From positions 85,186-149,185 of the forward strand of contig DHGX01000004.1 in the NCBI GenBank assembly GCA_002402995.1: DNA of 64,000 nucleotides. The letters run 5' to 3'. Both the position numbers and the translations under genes were made by a program. Shown here piece by piece: positions 30,464 through 41,762 of this stretch. The stretch is from Patescibacteria group bacterium UBA4787. GTDB taxonomy: Bacteria; Patescibacteriota; Patescibacteriia; UBA2591; UBA4787. How positions within the stretch are numbered: the first letter of the stretch is position 1; every line of letters starts with the position of its first letter. The notes beneath the pieces are model-generated. The model was given only the letters and a program-made list of their open reading frames with translations. It made no database searches and had not been told where the DNA came from.

Positions 30464-31570
30464 TTAAACCTCTAAGCGCGGCTGATGAATTGCAATACTT
30501 TCAACTAAACCGATAGCCAACAAACTGCACACCATGGAGCTGCCGCCATAACTTAAAAATGGCAACGGGATACCAATGATTGGCATTAACCCTATATTCA
30601 TGCCAATATTTATTATTAGTTGAATAAAAATATAAGCGCTGACACCAATGGCAATTAAAGAACCAAACTGATCGTAGGCTTTTTTGGCAATTTTGAGTAT
30701 TCTTTTTATAATCACCAAAAAGAATATCAAAACCATGCCAGCACCTAAAAATCCCGTTTCTTCGCCAATCGTGGCAAAAACAAAATCGGTTTCACTAAGC
30801 GGTAAAAAACGAAGCTGGCTTTGTGGACCAAACCCGAGCCCTCGACCGAACAACTTACCCGAACCGACAGTAATTATTGATTGATTAATCTGATAACCCT
30901 TACCTAAAAGATCGCGCCCAGGCTCAAAATAAATCATTAAGCGAGTTTTTTGATAATCTTTTAACCAAACAAACCAGCTGAAGCTAAGAAGAATAACAAT
31001 TATTAGACCCAAAACAATGAAGTGTTTGATATTATTATCAACGATTAAAAGAAAAATTAGCCATAGGCCGATAATCGCCAAAGCTGATCCGAGATCAGGT
31101 TGTTTGAGAATCAAAATAAGAGGCAGAAAAATAATCAGAAAACTCAAAAATATCCTCTTAATAGACACCTCTCTTTTTTTAGAAAATCCCCAAAAATAAG
31201 CTAGAACCAAGATAAGAACAATCTTGGCTAGTTCTACAGGCTGAAAATTGATGATTCCGTAATGGAACCATCCTTTGACTCCTCGTACGGTTTCACCAAA
31301 AAATAAAACCACCAATAATAACAAATTTGTTATTATATAAATAAAATAAATTAATGGTTTTAGATTCCTGAAATCTATCAATGAGACAATAAATAAAAGA
31401 ATGAGTCCGATCACCGCAAATACCGATTGTCTAACAAATAAGTTAGAAACACCGAATGCGGTATTTAAAGATAATGAATATTGAATAACTAGACCGAAAA
31501 TAATTAAAAAGAGTACCAGTAAAAATAAAATCCAATCGAAATTAAATATCTTTTTCCCGGTCAAAATCAT
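30464..31570 (-). CDS. rodA: Rod shape-determining protein RodA (SEDS)
   Basis: QPVELAK, QPDLGS, GYQINQS, TDFVF, GIPLPFLSYGGSS. Confidence 0.88.
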   Translation of the reverse strand: MILTGKKIFNFDWILFLLVLFLIIFGLVIQYSLSLNTAFGVSNLFVRQSVFAVIGLILLFIVSLIDFRNLKPLIYFIYIITNLLLLVVLFFGETVRGVKGWFHYGIINFQPVELAKIVLILVLAYFWGFSKKREVSIKRIFLSFLIIFLPLILILKQPDLGSALAIIGLWLIFLLIVDNNIKHFIVLGLIIVILLSFSWFVWLKDYQKTRLMIYFEPGRDLLGKGYQINQSIITVGSGKLFGRGLGFGPQSQLRFLPLSETDFVFATIGEETGFLGAGMVLIFFLVIIKRILKIAKKAYDQFGSLIAIGVSAYIFIQLIINIGMNIGLMPIIGIPLPFLSYGGSSMVCSLLAIGLVESIAIHQPRLEV

Positions 31571-31585
31571 TAAAATTATAATTGG

Positions 31586-32464
31586 TTATCTCTTAAAATA
31601 TATAATATTTGGATCTAAGATGTCCGTGTTCAAAGAAAAAACAATTTCTGTGGTTTCGGGAAAATTAGATCCAAGAAATATTTTAACTATTCTGTTTTCT
31701 TCGCTCATAATGTTTTTAATACTGACCGGATAAACGGCAACAATGTCTCTCCCTCGATAAAATGCAGTTGTATAATCTAGTTGCCAAAAGTTAAAAACAG
31801 ACTGATTGTTTATCGTAAATTCTAATTGCGGAATAATAGTGTCGCTGGGTCCAGATAAATAATTTATTTTTTGATCTTTTATTATTAATTGGGGCAAGAC
31901 ATCCAGCATTTTCTTGTGATTAGATTTGACTCTTTGCCATTGGATATTTTTAATATTAAATTCAGCACTGTTAATTTTAGTTTGATCGCTTATTTTCTGA
32001 CCTAAAGAGAATAAATATTTTTCTTGGTTCGGCAATAGGATGGTTTTTTGAGTTGCCGTATTTGATCCATTAGAAAGCAAAAAATTATATTCTAAAGAAG
32101 AAATTATCCAATTCTCATTATTATTTTTAACGATTACGCCGATATCATATCTAGAAAAACCATACCCATCTTTACTCGCATACAAAACATGGGTCGAAAC
32201 TATTTCCAGCGGTTTTGGTTGATGAATAGCGCGTAAAAGCGAGTAATCGTCTTGTAGGGTCGTCATTTCTTCTATCATCTTGTTATAATCTTTACTATAA
32301 GTCAAAAATGTTATAAAATTATAAATGGCGAAAAAATATACTCCGAAATTAACTACGATTAAAAAAATAATCAACAATTTTTTAAGAAGTTTTTTATTGG
32401 TTAGCCACCATTGTGCCCATTTTAATTGATTGGGCGTTAAATTATATCCATTTGGATTATCCAT
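31586..32464 (-). CDS. Hypothetical membrane-anchored protein
   Basis: N-terminal TM helix, beta-rich remainder. Confidence 0.65.
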   Translation of the reverse strand: MDNPNGYNLTPNQLKWAQWWLTNKKLLKKLLIIFLIVVNFGVYFFAIYNFITFLTYSKDYNKMIEEMTTLQDDYSLLRAIHQPKPLEIVSTHVLYASKDGYGFSRYDIGVIVKNNNENWIISSLEYNFLLSNGSNTATQKTILLPNQEKYLFSLGQKISDQTKINSAEFNIKNIQWQRVKSNHKKMLDVLPQLIIKDQKINYLSGPSDTIIPQLEFTINNQSVFNFWQLDYTTAFYRGRDIVAVYPVSIKNIMSEENRIVKIFLGSNFPETTEIVFSLNTDILDPNIIYFKR

Positions 32465-32553
32465 ACAATTAATTTTATGTTATTTTAGGCCTTTGTCAAT
32501 AATATCATATTAAAGAAAATTAACAAATATTTTAAAAAAGTAATAAAAAAATT

Positions 32554-32814
32554 ATGATTTATGGCGGAGATATTTGCTTTTATGCGCTTATTATATTAGT
32601 CGCTATTATCGCGATTTTTATTTGCGTAGCATTATTTTATTGGATATTAATCTTAAAAAAGATTGCTGATGTAACTAATAAGGTCGACAATGTGATTAAT
32701 AACTTAAAAGAGAAAATCAAGCTCTCTTCTTTACTGGGCATTTTTACTCAAATTACTAAGGAAGCCATTTCCTTTTTCCAGACTTGGAAGGAAAAAAACT
32801 CTAAAAAAAAATAG
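32554..32814 (+). CDS. Small membrane protein
   Basis: Hydrophobic N-terminal helix followed by a coiled segment. Confidence 0.55.
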   Translation: MIYGGDICFYALIILVAIIAIFICVALFYWILILKKIADVTNKVDNVINNLKEKIKLSSLLGIFTQITKEAISFFQTWKEKNSKKK

Positions 32815-32908
32815 ATTAATATATTTTACAATCCACAGAGAAGATAATCTTCAAGTTAAAAATTTAGAATTTTAACCCTTACTTATTTCTTTATAAGAAA
32901 TCATTTTT

Positions 32909-35900
32909 ATGTCGTTTGTACATCTTCATACACATTCGCATTATAGTTTATTAGACGGCTTGGCCAAAATAGATGACTTGATTAACGAGGCTAAAAAATA
33001 CAACATGTCGGCTTTAGCAATCACCGATCACGGCGTAATGTACGGGGCTATAGAATTTTATAAAAAAGCCAAGGCTGCGGGAATCAAGCCGATTATCGGA
33101 TGCGAAGTTTATGTTGCGCCGAATAGCATGACGAGCAAAAAAGCAAGAATTGACGAAAAGCCATTTCACTTAGTTCTTCTAGCTAAAAATTACAATGGTT
33201 ATAAAAATTTAGTTAAACTTGTCAGTTTCGCCCACCTGGAAGGTTTTTACTATAAACCGAGAGTTGACAAAGAGACTCTAAAAAAATACTCGGGTGGTTT
33301 AATTGCTTTAACTGCTTGTTTGCAAGGAGAAATACCCAGGTCTATCGTTAACCAGGATTTCGCTAAAGCCGAAAAACTAACCCTTGAATATAAAGAAATA
33401 TTTAAAGACGATCTTTATCTTGAACTTCAATATCACGAAAGTATTCCGGAACAGAAAATAGCTAACGAAGGACTACTTAAATTAGCCAAAAAACTGAATC
33501 TTCCGATCGTTGCTACCAACGATATTCACTACGTTGATATCAGCGATGCAGAGACACAAGATATTCTCTTGTGTTTACAGACTAAACACAAAAAAGAAGA
33601 CAAACAAAGACTTTGCATGTTGGGTGAAGATTTTTCTTTCCGTTCGCCCGAAACAATGAGCCAGCTTTTTTATGATTATCCAGAAGCCATTAAAAATAGT
33701 GAAAAAATAGCCAATGAATGTAATTTGGAATTAGAATTAGGAAAAATAAAACTTCCTCATTTCCCTGTACCAGATAATTTAACGCCCGAAGATTATCTTG
33801 AGAAACTTTGTCAAGACAGAATCTCTAGCCGTTATCCGATTATTACCGACGAGATTAAAGAACGACTTAATTATGAGTTATCAATAATCAAAAAAACTGA
33901 ATTTGCTTCTTATTTTTTAATTGTTGAAGATTTTGTAAGCTGGGCTAAAACTAATGGCATCGTTGTTGGACCGGGTCGCGGTTCGGCCGCCGGCTCAATT
34001 GTTTCATATATTCTGAATATTACTAATATTGATCCGATAGCTTATAATTTGGTTTTTGAAAGATTTTTAAACCCGGAAAGAATTTCAATGCCTGATATCG
34101 ACTTGGATTTTGCTGATACGCGTCGCGACGAAGTAATTAGATACGTCGAAAAGAAATATGGGCAAGATCATGTTGCGCAAATAATAACATTCGGGACTAT
34201 GGCTGCTCGCGCGGCAGTGCGAGACGTTGGCCGGGTTCTCGATTATCCCTATAGTTTCTGTGATATGATTTCCAAAATGATCCCAGCCAATATGGACTTA
34301 AAAGAAGCCCTCGAAACAGTTAAAGAATTTAAAAATATTTATGAAACAAACCGAGATGCGGCTAAGATTATCAACACTGCTAAAAAATTAGAGGGCGTGG
34401 CTAGACACGCATCAAAACACGCTTGCGGCGTAGTTATCACACCACAACCCCTAACCGAATACCTCCCTCTTCAATTAGATACTTCTTCCGAAAATAAAAC
34501 CATTATCACCCAATATGAAATGCACGCTATTGAGGATTTAGGCTTATTAAAAATGGACTTTTTGGGACTAAAAAATTTAACCGTAATTGAAAATGCCATA
34601 AAAATAATCAATCATACTACCGAAGAAAAAATAAATATCGATAAGATAAATCTAAACGACGAGAAAACGTTTAAATTATTACAAAAAGGAGAAACAACCG
34701 GCGTTTTTCAACTTGAAAGCGACGGAATGAAAAGATATCTTAAAGAGCTTAAACCGACCGAGCTAGAAGATATTATGTCTATGGTGGCTCTTTATCGTCC
34801 CGGTCCCATTGAAAGCATACCAAGTTTTATTGCCGGAAAACACCATAGGAGAGAAACTACATATCTTGATAAAAAATTGAAGCCGATTCTCAAAAAAACA
34901 TATGGTGTTATCGTTACACAAGACCAAGTGTTGCAGATCGCCAGAGATTTCGCCGGTTTCACTTATGCTGAAGCTGATATTTTGCGTAAAGCCGTGGGTA
35001 AAAAAATAGAAAAATTATTAGTTGAACAAGAAAAGAAATTTAAATCGGGGGCGATAAAAAATGGCGCTTCACCCCTTATCGCTGACAAAGTGTGGGATTT
35101 TATTTTGCCTTTTGCGCATTATGGTTTTAATCGTGCCCACGCCGCTTGTTATGCTATGCTCGCCTATCAAACCGCTTATCTAAAATCCCACTATCCATCG
35201 CATTTTATGGCAGCGCTTTTAACTTCTGATTTAAGCGATACCGATCGTATTGCCATCGAAGTTGAAGAATGCCGAAAAATGGACATTGAAGTTCTACCCC
35301 CAGACGTTAACGAAAGCCTTGAAAGTTTTACGGTAGTTTCGGATGAAAACAAAAAAAATTACAAAAAAATTAGATTTGGGCTTTTAGCTATTAAAAATGT
35401 CGGTGCGGGCATCGTTAAGTCAATAATTGATGAAAGAAAAAAATCCAGTAATTTTAAAAATTTTGAAGACTTTGTTAACCGGATTCAAACCAAAGATTTC
35501 AACAAAAAATCATTAGAAAGCCTTATAAAATCCGGCGCTTTGGATAAATTTGAAGAACGTGGCACATTATTAGAAAACGCGGAATTTATTCTTGATTTTA
35601 ATAAAAAAATTGAAAAGGATAAATTGAGCGGACAAACGAACATGTTCGGCTTTAATGATAGTCAAATTAACCACAAAATAAACTTAAGGCGCGCTCCGGA
35701 TGTAGATATTAATCAAAAATTAATATGGGAAAAAGAATTATTGGGATTATTTATTTCTGCGCACCCTATGACCGAATTAAGACCCAAGCTTAAAAAATTT
35801 GTTTTACCAATAAATGAAATAAATAATCACAAACCAGGATCAAGACGTATTTTAATATGCGGTATTATCACCAATTTAAAAAAGATTATTACCGCCAATA

Positions 35901-36178
35901 AAGAATTAATGATTTTTGCGAAAATTGAAGACGAAACGGGATCGGTTGAGTCTATAATTTTTCCTAAGATTCTTAATCTTGCACCCAGAGTTTGGGAAGA
36001 GAATAAAATCATCATTATTTTAGGCAGACTTTCCGATAAAGATAATATTAAAAAAATCATTGTTGAAGATGTGGCCGAGATAAATAAAGAAAATATCGAG
36101 AAAACAGTCAAAGACTTTGATCAATTAAGGGGTAGCTTGTCGAACAGACAAGAAAATGGTAATGTTTATTATATATAG
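32909..36178 (+). CDS. dnaE: DNA polymerase III subunit alpha
   Basis: [49 protein letters not shown]. Confidence 0.97.
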   Translation: MSFVHLHTHSHYSLLDGLAKIDDLINEAKKYNMSALAITDHGVMYGAIEFYKKAKAAGIKPIIGCEVYVAPNSMTSKKARIDEKPFHLVLLAKNYNGYKNLVKLVSFAHLEGFYYKPRVDKETLKKYSGGLIALTACLQGEIPRSIVNQDFAKAEKLTLEYKEIFKDDLYLELQYHESIPEQKIANEGLLKLAKKLNLPIVATNDIHYVDISDAETQDILLCLQTKHKKEDKQRLCMLGEDFSFRSPETMSQLFYDYPEAIKNSEKIANECNLELELGKIKLPHFPVPDNLTPEDYLEKLCQDRISSRYPIITDEIKERLNYELSIIKKTEFASYFLIVEDFVSWAKTNGIVVGPGRGSAAGSIVSYILNITNIDPIAYNLVFERFLNPERISMPDIDLDFADTRRDEVIRYVEKKYGQDHVAQIITFGTMAARAAVRDVGRVLDYPYSFCDMISKMIPANMDLKEALETVKEFKNIYETNRDAAKIINTAKKLEGVARHASKHACGVVITPQPLTEYLPLQLDTSSENKTIITQYEMHAIEDLGLLKMDFLGLKNLTVIENAIKIINHTTEEKINIDKINLNDEKTFKLLQKGETTGVFQLESDGMKRYLKELKPTELEDIMSMVALYRPGPIESIPSFIAGKHHRRETTYLDKKLKPILKKTYGVIVTQDQVLQIARDFAGFTYAEADILRKAVGKKIEKLLVEQEKKFKSGAIKNGASPLIADKVWDFILPFAHYGFNRAHAACYAMLAYQTAYLKSHYPSHFMAALLTSDLSDTDRIAIEVEECRKMDIEVLPPDVNESLESFTVVSDENKKNYKKIRFGLLAIKNVGAGIVKSIIDERKKSSNFKNFEDFVNRIQTKDFNKKSLESLIKSGALDKFEERGTLLENAEFILDFNKKIEKDKLSGQTNMFGFNDSQINHKINLRRAPDVDINQKLIWEKELLGLFISAHPMTELRPKLKKFVLPINEINNHKPGSRRILICGIITNLKKIITANKELMIFAKIEDETGSVESIIFPKILNLAPRVWEENKIIIILGRLSDKDNIKKIIVEDVAEINKENIEKTVKDFDQLRGSLSNRQENGNVYYI

Positions 36179-36180
36179 AC

Positions 36181-36355
36181 TATGTTGGGTAGTGAAAATT
36201 CAATCCCGACGTCGAAGGGTCGGGATTTCGACCAAGGCGTCGGAGTAGTAAGTTTCAAGTTTTCCACTTCGATCTACTATCTGGTTCTATTATTAATAAA
36301 ATAACTATTCTTTGCTTCTATCGCATTCCTTGATATAAATCGCATACCTAATATG
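36181..36355 (+). mobile_element. Family A element copy A2 (long form, internally deleted near the right end) at a start codon
   Basis: TATG at 36181-36184 and 36352-36355 (the second contains the ATG of the next gene); altered but still pairing ends TTGGGTA/TACCTAA. Confidence 0.85.
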
Positions 36356-37438
36356 TTTATTTCTCCTCAAAATAAAATTATAAGATTTTTCATCATTGCC
36401 ACCATTCTTCTGGCTATCTTTTTCATGTTCTCTTTTGCGTCGTTATTCTATAAGACCACCATCAATATTGTTTCTAAACAAAAAGACATTGATGCTAATC
36501 TCGCCGCCACTCTTAATACAACGATAGAAATAAATACGGTTTCCGCTAAAAACACATTCTCTCCTACTGCTCTTGTAAGCATGGAAGATTTTGCCACAGG
36601 AGAAGCAGTTATTACCAATCGTTCAAAACAAAATCAAATTTTGATAGTCAACACCAGACTCCTCTCGTCCAGCGGGCTCCTTTTCCGTCTAACCAACAAA
36701 GCAACTATACCGTCTGGCGAGAAAAGAAGAGTAGCTATCCGTGCGGATAAAACAGGACAAGATTATGAAATCGGACCGACAAAATTTACCATTCCGGGAC
36801 TATCGCCTATTTTACAAACTCAGGTTTTCGCTGAAAGCGACAAATCAACAACTGGCGGGCTTAAAAAAGCAGGTGTTGTTACTAAAAAAGATATTGACAA
36901 CGCCGTTGAATCTTTAAAAAATGAATTAATTCAAAGTTCTATAAAAGAACTGGAAAAGAAATATGCGGATCAAGATAATTTTAAAATCGCGATTAAACCT
37001 GAAGTAATTAAGGAGAATGTCAGCGCCAAAGCAAACGAAGAAAAAACGGAATTTACCGCCGAAGTTATCTTAAAAATTATCGCTGCGCTAGTAAATGAAG
37101 AAAGGTTATTAAAATCTGCACAGGAAAAACTTGAATCTAATATTCCAGTCGGTTATCAATTATATAATGCAAATAGGTCTAGCTTGGCATACCGATTCAA
37201 GGACTATGACCCCAAAAACCAGACTGCTACTTTTGAAATTTACCTGAACGGACGATATATTGTTTCGGAAAAAAATGACCAGTTTTCAAAATCAAACTTT
37301 TTAAACCTTTCTCGTACTCAAATCAAAGACCGTTTGCAGAAAATTGAAGATATTGGTAGTTTTAAAATTTCTATGTTTCCGCCATTATTCGCTAATTCCC
37401 CTAAAAACGAAAATCGTATAAATATCAAAATAAAATGA
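36353..37438 (+). CDS. Membrane-anchored protein with baseplate-J-like domain
   Basis: N-terminal TM; ATGEAVITN, TRLLSSSGLLFR, IGPTKFTIPGL, TGG pattern. Confidence 0.6.
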   Translation: MFISPQNKIIRFFIIATILLAIFFMFSFASLFYKTTINIVSKQKDIDANLAATLNTTIEINTVSAKNTFSPTALVSMEDFATGEAVITNRSKQNQILIVNTRLLSSSGLLFRLTNKATIPSGEKRRVAIRADKTGQDYEIGPTKFTIPGLSPILQTQVFAESDKSTTGGLKKAGVVTKKDIDNAVESLKNELIQSSIKELEKKYADQDNFKIAIKPEVIKENVSAKANEEKTEFTAEVILKIIAALVNEERLLKSAQEKLESNIPVGYQLYNANRSSLAYRFKDYDPKNQTATFEIYLNGRYIVSEKNDQFSKSNFLNLSRTQIKDRLQKIEDIGSFKISMFPPLFANSPKNENRINIKIK

Positions 37439-37524
37439 TAAGGGGCATTAAGCCCCATATTTGTCCCACTCGTTCGGAAAAGCAAATTCATTTATTTTTC
37501 TCTCACTCGCCCACAAATAAATTT

Positions 37525-37833
37525 ATGGAAGTTTTTGAAGAATCTAAGGAAAGATTACCAGGAGAAATAAAATTTTTTAAATTATCCGATAAAAATAACG
37601 GCTGTTATATTCATATTATTGGAAAAAATATAGATCAAGTTTATCGCCTTGATAATAACGGGAAAATCATTGATTATAACGATATTTTAATACAGAATGC
37701 AGAAAAAAAAGAAAAACAAATGATTGTTTACGAAGACCAAAATTCCATCCACAAAAACAAAGGATGGGAAATTTTATCTGCCGAAGAAGCGTTAGAGATA
37801 ATCCCCTTTTTTAAACTGCCTGAGCAAGAATAA
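37525..37833 (+). CDS. Hypothetical protein (paralog of the next ORF)
   Basis: Start at MEVFEE; aligns with 37863-38159. Confidence 0.65.
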   Translation: MEVFEESKERLPGEIKFFKLSDKNNGCYIHIIGKNIDQVYRLDNNGKIIDYNDILIQNAEKKEKQMIVYEDQNSIHKNKGWEILSAEEALEIIPFFKLPEQE

Positions 37834-37862
37834 TTAATTAAAAGGTTGTTATAATAACAATT

Positions 37863-38159
37863 ATGGCTATCGAAAATTTTGAAACATGTAAAAAAGAAAA
37901 TAAATTCTTTGCCAAATCGGACGACAAAAATGGTTGTTGGATTCTTACTACGGGCGAGGGATTCGATCAAACATATCATATAGATGCCCAAGGACAAATC
38001 ATTGAATATCGCGACAATAAAGCAGAGATGGCCGAGCGGCAGGTAGAAATTGTTCATGAAACTCCTCTCGCTTTAGAGCAAGAAGAGGGTTGGACAGAAA
38101 TCAACCAAGATCAGGTTCTAGGGCTATTTCCTACATTCAAGTTACCAACTAACGAATAA
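37863..38159 (+). CDS. Hypothetical protein (tandem paralog)
   Basis: Shares KFF..SD..NGC.I, DQ.Y..D..G.II.Y.D, GW, P.FKLP. Confidence 0.7.
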   Translation: MAIENFETCKKENKFFAKSDDKNGCWILTTGEGFDQTYHIDAQGQIIEYRDNKAEMAERQVEIVHETPLALEQEEGWTEINQDQVLGLFPTFKLPTNE

Positions 38160-39422
38160 ATGTCTGGTTACTATTTAATTGTTTACGGTTGTCAAATGAA
38201 TAAAGCAGACGCGGGAAGGATCGCGTCTGTCTTTGAATTCAATAAAATTAAACAGGCTGAAAACTTAAAAGAAGCCAGATACGTCATAATTATTGCTTGT
38301 TCTGTAAGACAATCGGCAGTTAATCGAATTTATGGACAGGTTAAAAACTTATTGCCGCTTAAAAAAATGGGCGCAAAACTAATTTTAACCGGCTGTTTAC
38401 TGAAGAAGGACGCTGTTAAATTAAATAAATTTTTTGATTTAATTATCAAAATTGACGATATAAAAGATTTAGCAAAAAAACTTAAAATTGTCGGCAAGAA
38501 AACTATAACAAAAAACTATCTTGATTTAAAGCCGAAAATAGGAAAATCCACTACTGTTTATGTGCCGATTTCCTCTGGCTGTAATAATTTTTGTTCTTAT
38601 TGCGTAGTGCCCTATACGCGAGGGCAAGAATATTCAAGATCGGCTAAATTTATTATAAAAGAAATAAAAGGCTTAATTAAACATGGCGTCAAAAATATTA
38701 TTTTGATCGGTCAAAATGTTAATAGTTATAAAGACAAAAAAACAGATTTTAATAGTCTTTTAAAAAAAATAAATGGTATAAAGGACGATTTTTTCCTTCA
38801 TTTTATCACTAACCACCCCAAAGACACTTCCTTTGAATTATTAAAAACTATGAAAACATGCAAAAAAATCGGCCATTATTTGCATTTACCGGTTCAGTCA
38901 GGAAGTAATCGAATTTTAAAATTAATGAACCGCCATTACACAATATCCGAATATAAACAAATCATAAAAAGAGCTAGGCTTTTAATGCCGGATATTAATA
39001 TTTCTACCGATATTATTGTTGGCTTCCCCACCGAAACAGAACAAGATTTCAAATTAACGGCTGCATTAATGAAAGAGGCGCGATTCGATATGGTTTATAT
39101 AGCCGAATATTCTCCGCGCGGACAAACAATCGCTTATGCAAAATTTAAAGACAACGTCTCACCAAAAATAAAAGCACAAAGAAGGATAATTTTAACGGAG
39201 ATTTTGAAGAAAACTGCGTTAAAAAATAATTCAAAACTTATAGGCAAAAATTTAGACGTTTTATTAGAAAAACAAAACAAAGATTATTTTTATGGACGAA
39301 CTAAAAATTTTAAGAAGATAAGAATTAAAATTAACGACGAAAGACCCTGTCGGCTTAACAAAATCACAAAAATTAAAATTACCAAAGCCGCGCCCTGGGC
39401 CTTAGAGGGAAAACCGATCTAA
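38160..39422 (+). CDS. miaB: tRNA methylthiotransferase MiaB
   Basis: GCQMN, CSVR, CNNFCSYC, HLPVQSGS, STDIIVGFP. Confidence 0.9.
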   Translation: MSGYYLIVYGCQMNKADAGRIASVFEFNKIKQAENLKEARYVIIIACSVRQSAVNRIYGQVKNLLPLKKMGAKLILTGCLLKKDAVKLNKFFDLIIKIDDIKDLAKKLKIVGKKTITKNYLDLKPKIGKSTTVYVPISSGCNNFCSYCVVPYTRGQEYSRSAKFIIKEIKGLIKHGVKNIILIGQNVNSYKDKKTDFNSLLKKINGIKDDFFLHFITNHPKDTSFELLKTMKTCKKIGHYLHLPVQSGSNRILKLMNRHYTISEYKQIIKRARLLMPDINISTDIIVGFPTETEQDFKLTAALMKEARFDMVYIAEYSPRGQTIAYAKFKDNVSPKIKAQRRIILTEILKKTALKNNSKLIGKNLDVLLEKQNKDYFYGRTKNFKKIRIKINDERPCRLNKITKIKITKAAPWALEGKPI

Positions 39423-40184
39423 TTTTTGAATTTTTCGTAAATTTCGGAAAATAAAATAATAAACACTGATAATATAAACCGCCCAAACAGCTATTAGCCA
39501 AACTGCACCGTTATTTTTGCTAATTATTAGAAGTAGTGAGTTATAAAGACCGTGGAAACAGATGGCCAGGAACACTCCTTTAAATATTAACCAGAGGCTT
39601 TGTTTTTTTCCATCTCTCATAAATTTAGCTCGACCCATATAGTATCCAATGATACCGCCTGTCAAGAAATGAGTTGAAGTGGAAATAAATGTTCTCATCG
39701 TTAAAAGTCCTAAATTTTCCCATAAACCGGCATTCGAACCTATGGAATATAATATATTTTCTGTGAAAGCAAAACCCAGTCCAACAACCATACCGTAAAT
39801 CATGCCATCACGGGGACGATTAAACGCGGGGTGATGATAAATTTTATCGCTCAATACTGCATATTTGCCACATTCTTCGAAAAGAGATTGAAAAATAAAA
39901 GTATTTACGAAAATAAGCCACAAGGGAAATGTAGCCGGGTTGCGGCTTCCGAATAAAGCATAATTTAACGGAATAGCAACTAGGGCAACCGGTATGGCAA
40001 CACTGGCGCCCCAAAAAAATAAACGAACTAATTGTTTTTTAGGTTCTTTGTTTTTATCCTCTATCAACCAACAAAAAAATAACCACAAGAAACTAAATAA
40101 ACCAGCGACTATTACAATAATAGCGCTTTGATAAGAATTAGCGGCTTGGATAAAATTTTTCAAGCCAATTATTAGATTATCCAT
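39402..40184 (-). CDS. PrsW-family intramembrane metalloprotease
   Basis: EECGK, GLGFAFTEN, H motifs; start at MDNLII. Confidence 0.85.
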   Translation of the reverse strand: MDNLIIGLKNFIQAANSYQSAIIVIVAGLFSFLWLFFCWLIEDKNKEPKKQLVRLFFWGASVAIPVALVAIPLNYALFGSRNPATFPLWLIFVNTFIFQSLFEECGKYAVLSDKIYHHPAFNRPRDGMIYGMVVGLGFAFTENILYSIGSNAGLWENLGLLTMRTFISTSTHFLTGGIIGYYMGRAKFMRDGKKQSLWLIFKGVFLAICFHGLYNSLLLIISKNNGAVWLIAVWAVYIISVYYFIFRNLRKIQKLDRFSL

Positions 40185-40259
40185 GAAATAAAATATATTT
40201 TGACTAAACCACAAATAAGAATTATTATATAACAAACCATTAAAAACACAAAACTAACT

Positions 40260-41237
40260 ATGAAAATAAGCAACAAATTGCCTAAAATCATCGTTGTGAT
40301 CGGCCCAACCGCTTCCGGTAAAACCGACTTAGCGCTATATCTGGCTAAAAAATTTAACGGTGAAATAATTTGCGCCGACAGTCGTACGGTTTATAAAAAT
40401 TTAGACATTGGAACGGCTAAACCGTATATCGGGAAAAAATATTATAAGAAAAACAATATTTATATAATAAACAATATACCGCATTATTTTATAAATATTG
40501 CCGAACCCAATCGCAGAATAACCGTAGCTCATTTTAAAAAGACAGCCCATAAGATCATTAATGATATTATTATTCGCAACAAAATGCCGATTATCGCCGG
40601 CGGCACGGGTTTATATGTTGACGCGCTTATTCAAGAGTATGAAATACCGCGGGTCGCTCCTGATCGAAAATTAAGATTAAAACTAGAAAAACAACTTAAG
40701 CGCTACGGCGAAAATTGGTTTTATCAGAAACTATTAAAACTTGATCCATGTGCCAAAAAATTTATTGATCCCAAAAATCATCGCCGCGTTATTCGCGCCC
40801 TAGAAGTAATTATTAAAACCGGAAAAAAATTCTCGGAATTAAGAAAAAAAAATAACAGCAAATATAAAAGTTTAATTTTGGGAATTAATTTACCGCGGGA
40901 AAAACTTTATAATCGCATAAACAAAAGAGTAGAACGAATGATAAAATTAGGATTGGTAAACGAAGCAAGAAAAATAGCTAAAAAATATTCTTGGTCTCGT
41001 TCAGCTATGAGCGGAATTGGTTATCACCAATTTAGAAAATATCTTAAAAGCGAAGAAACATTAGATCAAGCGATAAATAGCCTAAAAAGAGATACTCGCC
41101 ATTATGCTAAAAGACAAATAACCTGGTTTAAAAGAAATAAAGATATTGTTTGGCTTAATTTTAACGGCGAAAAAAAAGATTTCCTCCGCCCTTATAGAAA
41201 AGCGAAGGAAATCTGTAAAGATTTTTTAAATAATTAA
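40260..41237 (+). CDS. miaA: tRNA dimethylallyltransferase
   Basis: GPTASGKT, DIGTAKP, GGTGLY, TRHYAKRQITWF. Confidence 0.96.
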   Translation: MKISNKLPKIIVVIGPTASGKTDLALYLAKKFNGEIICADSRTVYKNLDIGTAKPYIGKKYYKKNNIYIINNIPHYFINIAEPNRRITVAHFKKTAHKIINDIIIRNKMPIIAGGTGLYVDALIQEYEIPRVAPDRKLRLKLEKQLKRYGENWFYQKLLKLDPCAKKFIDPKNHRRVIRALEVIIKTGKKFSELRKKNNSKYKSLILGINLPREKLYNRINKRVERMIKLGLVNEARKIAKKYSWSRSAMSGIGYHQFRKYLKSEETLDQAINSLKRDTRHYAKRQITWFKRNKDIVWLNFNGEKKDFLRPYRKAKEICKDFLNN

Positions 41238-41752
41238 ATTTTTTGCTTCTCTGGGTTTCTTTTTCCAATATAATTCGTTAATTTATCTTTATTTTCGGCG
41301 ACCGATTTTTCTAATCTTTGTTGAGCATAATAAGCTAAACCTTTAACCATGGTATTAAAATCAGTGCCTTTTCTTCTGATGCCCACAGAGGTAGCCAATT
41401 GTGATTTTATCGCCTCTCGAATATTCATTTTATCTATGGCCTCGGGCACTGTTTTTTCATATTCTAAAAGAATCTTAATGGGTTTATATTTTTGATCTAA
41501 GTCGTCGGGTTTATATTCTTGAGTTGATTCAATTACTGTGTCCACAATCCGGCTAGCGATTTCTTGATCGGGCATATTCTCGTTGACCTCATAAATATCA
41601 GCCACTTCAATTTTACTTTCATTTTCATCAGTTTTTTCCGGTTCAACGACAACCTGTTCTTGAGCAGCCGCGGCCCCTGTCGCAGGTTTAACGTGTTCAC
41701 AATACGGCTGGCCGCAAATAGGACAATTACTTGCTTCAAATTTGTTATTCAT
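41234..41752 (-). CDS. Hypothetical protein with N-terminal CxxC...CxH
   Basis: CPICGQPYCEH. Confidence 0.6.
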   Translation of the reverse strand: MNNKFEASNCPICGQPYCEHVKPATGAAAAQEQVVVEPEKTDENESKIEVADIYEVNENMPDQEIASRIVDTVIESTQEYKPDDLDQKYKPIKILLEYEKTVPEAIDKMNIREAIKSQLATSVGIRRKGTDFNTMVKGLAYYAQQRLEKSVAENKDKLTNYIGKRNPEKQKI

Positions 41753-41762
41753 AAAATTTATT

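Noticed and set aside
36353-37438. Prophage or contractile injection system suggested by the baseplate-J-like gene
   Set aside because: Isolated membrane-anchored gene among housekeeping genes, with no other phage structural genes.
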